IMG/VR virus record: IMGVR_UViG_3300045988_181536
Span: 96,001 to 160,000 of that record
DNA length: 64,000 bases
Source of the DNA: a virus
Strand: one strand, 5' to 3'
Part shown: positions 57,100-64,000 of the stretch, one piece after another
Layout: every line of letters begins with the position of its first letter
Position numbering within the stretch: the first letter of the stretch is position 1
The notes under the pieces: model-generated
The model's input: only the letters and a program-made list of their open reading frames with translations
Told to the model about the DNA's origin: nothing
The model's database searches: none
Translations under genes and position numbers: made by a program

Positions 57100-58380
57100 A
57101 GAAATTCATATTCTATTTAGTCAACTACTAATCATACAAGCTGATTAGCTTGTAACTAGGTATTACTACCCGCTACAATAGGCTTGTTGACGGAAGCCCG
57201 AAAGTTATTTGCTATATTGATAGCTGCATTTAAATCTGCATTGCATTCAAATCCACATTTCTTACACTTGAAATGGGATTGTGTAGTTCGATTGCCTTTA
57301 ACGGTATACCCACATCTACTGCATTTTTGCGATGTATAACGAGCATCAACGTGTTGAACACTACAGCCCTTAGCTAATGCTTTGTATGTTAGGAATTGCT
57401 CTAGCTGGAAGAAACTCCACGAATTTACTTTAGCCCTTTCGGACTTTCGCAATTTGCTACTACGATCTCTAATACCATCTAGTTTTTCAAGAACTATAGT
57501 AGTACCGGGAACGCACATAGAAACAATATTCTTACTAATACAATGATTCATATCCGTAACGAAACGGTTCTCCTTCATACTTAATGTACGGAGGTGTCTT
57601 TTAGCGGATTTAGAACCCTTGGATTGTAGTTTGGATCTTAAAATAGCATAGCGTTTCTTTACTTGTAGAACATGTTCTCCAGAGAAGATAGTACCATCAG
57701 ATAGTGTAGCTATATTGACTATGCCTCGATCTATACCGAGTACATTATCATTGGAACATTGCACATCCTCAACCTCCTTCTCAAATATGATGTGTAGGAA
57801 TAATTTGCCTTTCTTTAATGAGAGTGTAGCACCTTTCCTACGCCACGAGAAGTATTGTTTAAAGTGGTCTGTTAGATTTACTTTAAATCGTAATCTACCA
57901 TTCAATGTTAGGATAGAAACCTCGAAACGATCGAACCATATATTAAAGGAGTTCTTAGTTAATCTTAAAGCCATTTGTTTGGATTTAGGACATTTGAATT
58001 TCTTATGTTTCTTTCGTTCTAGTTTCGTAGTGGCTTTGATGGCTTCCGCTGCCTGATCCCGAACTTGTGTAGCGAGATCAGCTGGTAGTGAGAATTGTGT
58101 TCTACAATAATCATAGGTTTGATCGTGAAGCTTTCGTTTATCAAAATTACGATCCTTGAAACCTATTTCACAAATATAGTTATACGCCTCAGTATAGGCT
58201 CGAAATGTAGGAAGTAAATCGGTAGGATTTACGTTCTCTAGCTTAAGCTTTACTGTGCGGAGTAATTTCATTTAATAGTTAATATATTCATATATTAATA
58301 TAATAATGTCAACAACAAATACTTCAAAACACTAAACAATAGAAAGGAGACTTCCGAAATTCCTTGCAATAGACAATCTA
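57100..58380 (-). mobile_element. solo IS200/IS605-family (IS1341-like) element encoding TnpB only; boundaries approximate
   Basis: A minus-strand tnpB lies in an otherwise plus-strand region. A hairpin 'caagctgattagcttg' (57138-57153) sits directly 3' of the tnpB stop. Nested hairpins 'ccgaaattccttgcaatagacaatctattgcgtatcctttcgg' (~58345-58390) sit on the 5' side. No tnpA is present. Confidence 0.55.
57156..58271 (-). CDS. tnpB: TnpB (OrfB) RuvC-like RNA-guided endonuclease family protein
   Basis: RuvC-I 'GIDRGIVNIATL', RuvC-II 'IVLEKLDGI', zinc finger 'CSRCG...CKKCG', RuvC-III 'NADLNAAINIA'. Confidence 0.85.
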   Translation of the reverse strand: MKLLRTVKLKLENVNPTDLLPTFRAYTEAYNYICEIGFKDRNFDKRKLHDQTYDYCRTQFSLPADLATQVRDQAAEAIKATTKLERKKHKKFKCPKSKQMALRLTKNSFNIWFDRFEVSILTLNGRLRFKVNLTDHFKQYFSWRRKGATLSLKKGKLFLHIIFEKEVEDVQCSNDNVLGIDRGIVNIATLSDGTIFSGEHVLQVKKRYAILRSKLQSKGSKSAKRHLRTLSMKENRFVTDMNHCISKNIVSMCVPGTTIVLEKLDGIRDRSSKLRKSERAKVNSWSFFQLEQFLTYKALAKGCSVQHVDARYTSQKCSRCGYTVKGNRTTQSHFKCKKCGFECNADLNAAINIANNFRASVNKPIVAGSNT

Positions 58381-58566
58381 TTGCGTATCCTTTCGGGACT
58401 AACAATGAGGTTTTTGCTTTATTTAATGAGATGGCAAATGTCATCTCTCATTCTTATACCAGTTATTGCCGCTATTGCTGACCCTGTGTGGTCAGCAATT
58501 ATTGGCAATTTAATTGGAGGTTGTGTATTTTTCCTTGTGGATAAAAAGATATTTAACTTAAAATAA
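58381..58566 (+). CDS. small hydrophobic membrane protein
   Basis: 61 aa with two predicted TM helices. Confidence 0.3.
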   Translation: MRILSGLTMRFLLYLMRWQMSSLILIPVIAAIADPVWSAIIGNLIGGCVFFLVDKKIFNLK

Positions 58567-58581
58567 TAGGATGCAATAAAT

Positions 58582-58851
58582 ATGGAGTATGTATTTATCG
58601 TAACATGCACTGTTGCTGCTGTAGTTGCAATTTTTCTACTATCACTGTGCTTTGTAGCTGTATTGCAAAGATTTATTTTTGCTGACACTGCGAGCGACCA
58701 TGGTTCTGATCACAAGCATTATTGGTCATTTTTGCGCAGTGAGTGCAACGTGTATAAGGATATCAATAATATTGAACATAAAAAAATAATTGTAGTCTAT
58801 AATTGCCTACATTGTGGAAAATTAAAAAAGGAAGAAATAATATTATACTAA
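58582..58851 (+). CDS. small membrane protein with a C-terminal CxxC
   Basis: N-terminal TM 'FIVTCTVAAVVAIFLLSLCFVAVL'; C-terminal 'CLHCG'. Confidence 0.3.
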   Translation: MEYVFIVTCTVAAVVAIFLLSLCFVAVLQRFIFADTASDHGSDHKHYWSFLRSECNVYKDINNIEHKKIIVVYNCLHCGKLKKEEIILY

Positions 58852-58855
58852 TAAA

Positions 58856-59593
58856 ATGAAAATAATAGATCCAAGTGTTAGTTTATTAGGACAAACCTAT
58901 GCATTGGATGACTTGAGTGACGAGTCTCCAATGAAGCTACTAGAGTTATGTATACGAAACTGTTATAAATCCGAAGACAAGATTACTGAAGATTCTTGGA
59001 AGTCTATAATAAAGCTTGTATTAGATAATGGACACACTTCAACTCTTGAGCATGTTTCGTTTACATTTAGAATAATAACATCAAGAGATGTATTGCAGGA
59101 ATATGCAAGACATAGAATCCAAAGTTTGTCTGTGGAAAGTACTAGGTACTGTAATTACGGGGATTCTAAGAAGGGACTAACCTTTGTAAAACCTCAATGG
59201 ATTACCTGGGAACAAATAGAAAAGGCAAACAATTTGTTACAATCCAGGGACGAATCTTCGGTATTGTATGAATTAAACAATCCAGATATTGATAAGGATA
59301 TAAAGTGCGTTTGTAATTGGATTGAAGATATAAAACGTGCTGAGTTTTCATATAATATGAAGTTGGACTTAGGTTGGAAACCCCAACAAGCTCGTGTGTC
59401 TTTGCCGGGGTGTTTAAAGACCGAGATCATATCTACTATGAATATAAGGTCATTGCTAAACTTTCTTGATCTTAGAACTTCACCAAGAGCTCACCCTGAT
59501 ATTCAAGTAATAGCTAAAAGTATGGAGGATATACTTAAAGAAAAGTATCCAGTTATATTTACTAACCCAAGTCAACAAGAAAAGGAGAGTTAA
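58856..59593 (+). CDS. thyX: flavin-dependent thymidylate synthase ThyX
   Basis: ThyX signature 'LEHVSFTFRIITSRDVLQEYARHRIQSLSVESTRY' (RHR-x7-S-x-R-Y). Confidence 0.8.
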   Translation: MKIIDPSVSLLGQTYALDDLSDESPMKLLELCIRNCYKSEDKITEDSWKSIIKLVLDNGHTSTLEHVSFTFRIITSRDVLQEYARHRIQSLSVESTRYCNYGDSKKGLTFVKPQWITWEQIEKANNLLQSRDESSVLYELNNPDIDKDIKCVCNWIEDIKRAEFSYNMKLDLGWKPQQARVSLPGCLKTEIISTMNIRSLLNFLDLRTSPRAHPDIQVIAKSMEDILKEKYPVIFTNPSQQEKES

Positions 59594-59603
59594 TATTGAT
59601 ATA

Positions 59604-60161
59604 ATGAAAAAGTATAACATTATTTACGCTGATCCTCCCTGGACATATCAAGATAAGAACTGTCAAGGTGCTTGTGCCCGGCATTATAAAACAATGACGG
59701 ATTCCGAATTACAGTCACTTCCAATTAAAGATATAGCTGCGGATGACTGTATATTGTTTATGTGGGCTACGTATCCCAAACTAAAAGAAGCCCTAGATGT
59801 GATTGATGCTTGGGGATTTAAATATAAAACCATAGCTTTTCAGTGGATAAAACAGAATAAATCTGGAGACGGATTATTCTTTGGATTAGGAAGGTGGACC
59901 AGAGGCAACAGTGAACCTTGTTTATTAGCAATTAAGGGTAGACCTAAAAGAATCAGCCCAAAGGTATCACAGATTGTGTTTAGTCCATTACGCAATCATT
60001 CGCAAAAACCTGATTGTGTAAGAGATAAAATTATAGAACTAGTAGGTGATTTGCCTAGAATAGAATTATTTGCTAGAAATAAAGCTGATGGTTGGGATAG
60101 TTGGGGAGACGAAATAGATTCTGATATCAGCTTTGACTTAAACGATAACAATAAGGAGTAA
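59604..60161 (+). CDS. MT-A70-family DNA N6-adenine methyltransferase
   Basis: 'IIYADPPW', 'ILFMWAT', 'WGF', 'GRWTRGNSEPCLLAIKG', 'HSQKPD', 'ELFAR...GWDSWGDE'. Confidence 0.85.
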   Translation: MKKYNIIYADPPWTYQDKNCQGACARHYKTMTDSELQSLPIKDIAADDCILFMWATYPKLKEALDVIDAWGFKYKTIAFQWIKQNKSGDGLFFGLGRWTRGNSEPCLLAIKGRPKRISPKVSQIVFSPLRNHSQKPDCVRDKIIELVGDLPRIELFARNKADGWDSWGDEIDSDISFDLNDNNKE

Positions 60162-60166
60162 AAAAT

Positions 60167-60391
60167 ATGCCTGATTCAGTTAAGAATAGTGTGTCCATAG
60201 GAAGATGCCCAAGGTGTCATTCTGAGAATGTAGTTTATGACAAAGAATTCGTAGATGATGATTTGTTAATATTTCCAGGTAGATGCCTGGATTGTGAATG
60301 TCAATTTAATGAGAGGTACTTCCTGGATTACCTCGATACGGAGTATATAGATACAGAAGACAACGAAGAATCTAACGCAATAAAAGAATAA
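60167..60391 (+). CDS. small zinc-ribbon protein
   Basis: 'CPRCHS ... CLDCEC'; SD 'aaggag' upstream. Confidence 0.35.
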   Translation: MPDSVKNSVSIGRCPRCHSENVVYDKEFVDDDLLIFPGRCLDCECQFNERYFLDYLDTEYIDTEDNEESNAIKE

Positions 60392-60412
60392 ATTAAACCT
60401 AATAGACAACTA

Positions 60413-60458
60413 ACGTAATAAAAAGGAGCCAAATAACGTAATAAAAAGGAGCCAAATA
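60413..60458 (+). repeat. 23-bp tandem repeat x2 (+8-nt partial) 'aacgtaataaaaaggagccaaat' that duplicates an SD-containing leader
   Basis: 60413-60435 and 60436-60458 are identical, and 'aacgtaat' follows before the ATG at 60466. Confidence 0.85.
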
Positions 60459-60465
60459 ACGTAAT

Positions 60466-61038
60466 ATGAAATCATTGAAGCTAGTGTTTTCTCGAGAAAG
60501 CCCAAAACATCTTTTAATACAGGTAAAATCAAGACATGGTAATTTTAAAAGTTCAGGAAGAATAATATTTGAGGACGATAGGGTATGCAGTATTCCGTTA
60601 ATAGATTACGCACCTATCATAGGCTGCAAAGATTCCTTAGTATGTATACCTACAGTCGATAGATACTATAGAAGAAAGTTAGAAAAAACTATAGTAGACT
60701 CAATAACCAAGGAACAATTTAGTAAAAAGATTGATGTGGCTGATGTCATACCAACGAAAAAGGATATTGGAACCTTATGTGAATTTAGTGATGACAATAA
60801 AGATTGGACTAACCCTTTGGAGCTTGTTGCTATATTACCACAGACAGATGTAGAAAGAAGATATATATGCTGTGGCAATTTTTTGAAGTCCGATAGTGGG
60901 CTTAAACCAGTAATGGCTTGGGCTTATGCTAAAAAGTTTAACAATTCTTCTAAAGATGATACAATAGAAATTAAACCTGAAGTGGTTAACAGTAAAAATA
61001 GACTATTGACGACGTACACTTGGAAGATGGAGGAATAA
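60466..61038 (+). CDS. hypothetical protein
   Basis: ORF only. Confidence 0.3.
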   Translation: MKSLKLVFSRESPKHLLIQVKSRHGNFKSSGRIIFEDDRVCSIPLIDYAPIIGCKDSLVCIPTVDRYYRRKLEKTIVDSITKEQFSKKIDVADVIPTKKDIGTLCEFSDDNKDWTNPLELVAILPQTDVERRYICCGNFLKSDSGLKPVMAWAYAKKFNNSSKDDTIEIKPEVVNSKNRLLTTYTWKMEE

Positions 61039-61085
61039 GCATATTTGTTTCGGAAACTAGATATTAACCAATAATCAATCTTACT

Positions 61086-61481
61086 TTGTTTATGAAAAGA
61101 GGAGTAAAAACAATAATTAATAAATATGTTAAGGGTAAGGGTATCCCTATAGTAAAGTTTGAGGTCCATTTGAGGGATAATAGAACTGAGGATAGCCCAA
61201 TAGTAAAGAAAGACGGATATCTTATAGACGGAAGGTTAGATTCTTCTGAGGTAAAATCATTAAATGAAGAGCTTAAATCAAAAGGGTTTAAAGGGTTTAA
61301 AGCTCTTGGCGTAATGCATAAAGACGAGGATTGGACTGCGCCAGATCTACTGTATGACAAACCAATAGGAGTTAATTATTTAGGTTTGTTGGTAATACCC
61401 ACAGATGGATTAACCTTTAAAAAGGATAAATATGGGTGTATTACCAATTTGGACATAGAAGATTATTATTATAATACTTAA
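61086..61481 (+). CDS. hypothetical protein
   Basis: ORF only. Confidence 0.3.
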   Translation: MFMKRGVKTIINKYVKGKGIPIVKFEVHLRDNRTEDSPIVKKDGYLIDGRLDSSEVKSLNEELKSKGFKGFKALGVMHKDEDWTAPDLLYDKPIGVNYLGLLVIPTDGLTFKKDKYGCITNLDIEDYYYNT

Positions 61482-61506
61482 TGAATAAATACGGAGGTAA
61501 AGAAAT

Positions 61507-61710
61507 ATGGATAACTTTCTAGATAAATTCATCGAGGCTTTAAAGATTTTTAGAACGTATACAAAGACTCCTTATCCTTGTTGGTGTAATATCGAAGAGT
61601 TTCATGTTGGAGTAGATCCCGAAACGATACCTGATGGAGATAAAGAAAGGCTTGAGGAATTAGGCTTTATCTATGATTCTGAGACAGAATCCTTTTATAT
61701 ATTTATTTAA
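61507..61710 (+). CDS. hypothetical small protein
   Basis: ORF only. Confidence 0.25.
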   Translation: MDNFLDKFIEALKIFRTYTKTPYPCWCNIEEFHVGVDPETIPDGDKERLEELGFIYDSETESFYIFI

Positions 61711-61972
61711 TGATAACTTAATAAATAAGGAAAAGATAGAGATGAAAAAACAAGACTACATTTTAGCCATATCACAATTTCAAGATGATATGGCTAATTT
61801 TAGCGGAGATGAAGAAGTACTCTTTGATTATATGAGCATTTTAGACCCTAATGATGACTCTTACATTTACGACGATATTGAAGTTTTAAAGACGATATGG
61901 GACGATTTGATGAGATTTTTAAAGCGAAACAAGAAAGAGCTTTTGGAAGGCGGCGTAAAGTTTAAATTTTAA
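61673..61972 (+). CDS. hypothetical small protein
   Basis: ORF only. Confidence 0.25.
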   Translation: MILRQNPFIYLFNDNLINKEKIEMKKQDYILAISQFQDDMANFSGDEEVLFDYMSILDPNDDSYIYDDIEVLKTIWDDLMRFLKRNKKELLEGGVKFKF

Positions 61973-61987
61973 TTAAGGAAAAGAAAC

Positions 61988-62224
61988 ATGAATACATATC
62001 AATTACGTTTTAATTGTACAGCTACGGAATTATATTCCGGAGATGCCACAGTAAGGGCTAACAGCTTGGAAGAAGCTAAAGGAAAGCTAGAAGAAGTATT
62101 ACTTGCAGGAGGTAGTGACTCCGAAGATGTCCAATGCGTGTATGATTGCTACGGAGAAACCTGTGAAGATACTTTTCAGGTTGATTATATTGACGAAGTG
62201 AAACCAGAGGAAGATAACCAATAA
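61988..62224 (+). CDS. small acidic protein, paralog of 63468-63680
   Basis: Shared pattern Y-x3-F-x7-G-x3-(V/I)RA-x-S-xEEA-x5-E between the two proteins. Confidence 0.4.
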   Translation: MNTYQLRFNCTATELYSGDATVRANSLEEAKGKLEEVLLAGGSDSEDVQCVYDCYGETCEDTFQVDYIDEVKPEEDNQ

Positions 62225-62260
62225 TTTAATATAAAACCCAAACAAAAGGAATAAAATATT

Positions 62261-63394
62261 ATGGAACAAAAATACTATAAAATTTTAACTTCAAAAAATA
62301 CCTCGTTTGAAAGAGGGTTTGATTACACCCCCTATCTCCCAGAGAATGGAAAGCCAGGAAAGGAAACACCATTTATTATGAACCCGATTCCCTGTAGTAG
62401 AGGGTATCATGTTACGCCTAATTGGTTAAAGTATTCAAGAGTACGAGATCTAGATAATATAAAAATATATGAGGTTGAGACTATCGGCGAGTCATTTGAT
62501 TTGCCATTTAATTTTGGAAAAGAACCTGCTTTTATAATTTCATGTAGTTCAATTCGTTTTTTGAAAGATGTCACGTCTGAATGTAAAACCTTATTGAAAC
62601 AATTCAAGGAAAAGAACCAAGGTTCATTTAACCTAGGCGAGAATAACACAGGAGACGCAAACGAAGGAGATTATAATACAGGATCCGCAAATACGGGTAA
62701 CCATAACACTGGAAATTTTAACTCAGGTTCATACAATTCTGGGTGTCATAATACGGGAAATAATAATACGGGAACTGCAAATCTTGGGAATTACAATGCA
62801 GGCACTGGCAATATAGGTGATAAAAATTGCGGAAGTTTTAATGTTGGTTCTTTTAATGTTGGGGACTTTAATATAGGAAATCGTCATGTTGGATATTTTA
62901 ATATAGGTGTCTCTAATATTAAAATGTTTAATAAAGAAATAGATATTCTTCCAGAAGACATACAGTTTCCGCGTTGGATAACTGTAGATGATCCGTTTTC
63001 ATTTATGTTTAGTAAGAGGGAATTAAGATCGCGATTTGAAAACGCAGATAGTGACGACATCTACCGTACAATTAATCTTCCTAACTTTAACTACGCTATC
63101 TTTGAGAAAATAACTGGTATCTCAAAGGAAGATATTGATAAGAAATTAAGTTGGGTTACTCTTAAGGAAAGTGCATTAAGTGAACATAAAAAAATTAAGG
63201 TAAATCTTAATGAAGACTTTACAGAGCTAAAGCCTTGTCCATTTTGTGGTAGCAAGAATATAGAATTAAGTGCTGAAGAATATTATGATAAAGACGTATT
63301 TTACATTGTTTCTTGTAATAACTGTGGGGCTAAGATCGAAGGCTCCGGCAGAAATAAAGAAGCTGCAGAAGCTTGGAATACAAGGTGTGAATAA
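62261..63394 (+). CDS. fusion protein with ~19 consecutive 5-residue (pentapeptide-like, N-x-G period) repeats and a C-terminal Lar-like restriction-alleviation zinc ribbon
   Basis: 'ANEGD YNTGS ANTGN HNTGN FNSGS YNSGC HNTGN NNTGT ANLGN YNAGT GNIGD KNCGS FNVGS FNVGD FNIGN RHVGY FNIGV'. C-terminus 'KPCPFCGSKNIEL...YIVSCNNCGAKIEGSGRNKEAAEAWNTRCE' resembles the Lar family 'CPFCG...C..CGA....EEAI.AWNRR'. Confidence 0.55.
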   Translation: MEQKYYKILTSKNTSFERGFDYTPYLPENGKPGKETPFIMNPIPCSRGYHVTPNWLKYSRVRDLDNIKIYEVETIGESFDLPFNFGKEPAFIISCSSIRFLKDVTSECKTLLKQFKEKNQGSFNLGENNTGDANEGDYNTGSANTGNHNTGNFNSGSYNSGCHNTGNNNTGTANLGNYNAGTGNIGDKNCGSFNVGSFNVGDFNIGNRHVGYFNIGVSNIKMFNKEIDILPEDIQFPRWITVDDPFSFMFSKRELRSRFENADSDDIYRTINLPNFNYAIFEKITGISKEDIDKKLSWVTLKESALSEHKKIKVNLNEDFTELKPCPFCGSKNIELSAEEYYDKDVFYIVSCNNCGAKIEGSGRNKEAAEAWNTRCE

Positions 63395-63467
63395 ATGTTA
63401 ATTTAGGTCTACACAAAACAACAGATTAATGCTCAAATTTTAAAACATAAGAAAGGAAAAATAAAAA

Positions 63468-63680
63468 ATGGAAAAGGATTATTTGGTTGAATTTCACTAT
63501 TCTCAGGAAGTTATTTGTACAGGACAGGTTGTTATACGTGCTAAGTCTAAAGAAGAAGCTGAACGTATTGCTTATGAGAAAGATTATGACTGCGAATTTG
63601 ATGACATAATTGATGATCCAGAAGTTGTAGCAAGTGATTTTGTTATTGAGAGCATCAGTCCTTTAAGCGATGACAAATAA
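63468..63680 (+). CDS. small acidic protein, paralog of 61988-62224
   Basis: See 61988-62224. Confidence 0.4.
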   Translation: MEKDYLVEFHYSQEVICTGQVVIRAKSKEEAERIAYEKDYDCEFDDIIDDPEVVASDFVIESISPLSDDK

Positions 63681-64000
63681 ACTAACTGAGGCCCAATTAA
63701 ATAAAGTTAAGTGTATCGTTGAGTCAAAGGCATATCAAGGAAGTTTAAGTTTTACTAAAAAAGGGGTTACACCTAAGGATAAAAGATTTAATAGATATGC
63801 GAAACAATTGTTAAAACGAGGGTTTGACGATTCAGAAACTTGGGACTTGGGATCAGCTATGGCAAGATGGTTAATTCCAAGGCTAAAAAGGTTTAAGAAG
63901 TTAAATGTGGGATACCCTGGCATATTTGCTAAGTATAAAGACGGGTATGAGAAATGGAATAAAATTATAGACGAAATTCTTTGGATGTTAGAAGAAAAAG
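63670..64000 (+). CDS. hypothetical protein, 5' partial CDS running off the window end (not in the ORF track because there is no stop)
   Basis: ATG at 63670 overlaps the upstream stop in another frame. The frame reads 'MTNKLTEAQLNKVKCIVESKAYQGSLSF...IIDEILWMLEEK' to the window end. The minus-strand ORF 63735-63923 is its shadow. Confidence 0.4.
   Translation, partial: MTNKLTEAQLNKVKCIVESKAYQGSLSFTKKGVTPKDKRFNRYAKQLLKRGFDDSETWDLGSAMARWLIPRLKRFKKLNVGYPGIFAKYKDGYEKWNKIIDEILWMLEEK

Overview
This window looks like a segment of a large (probably jumbo) double-stranded DNA bacteriophage genome. It is AT-rich, densely packed and almost entirely plus-strand coding. The recognisable content is a DNA replication, recombination and nucleotide-metabolism module. 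It contains an SbcD/Mre11-like nuclease (partial) and an SbcC/Rad50-like ATPase, an SF2 helicase, a dUTPase, a DnaB-like helicase and a DnaG-like Toprim primase. It also contains a ribonucleotide reductase and a family-A DNA polymerase (each interrupted by an intein), a RecA/UvsX-like recombinase, a RecQ-like helicase, ThyX and an MT-A70 adenine methyltransferase. Two genes encode fragments of a multisubunit RNA polymerase beta subunit, one of them carrying a mini-intein. A downstream block of glycine-zipper membrane proteins may be virion or ejection proteins. Non-coding features are one tRNA-Asn(GTT) followed by a ~300-nt structured non-coding region, a 1.2-kb structured non-coding hub with 23-bp direct repeats, a 112-bp perfect tandem duplication, several intrinsic terminators, and a solo TnpB (IS200/IS605 OrfB-type) element on the minus strand. 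The most unusual content is a compact dUTPase-JAB-E1-ubiquitin-like operon at 8277-10912, a beta-subunit gene that is both intein-containing and split, a pentapeptide-repeat protein fused to a Lar-like zinc ribbon, and a compositionally distinct 1305-aa ORF beside the tRNA. All calls come from motif reading of the supplied translations; no database search was possible.
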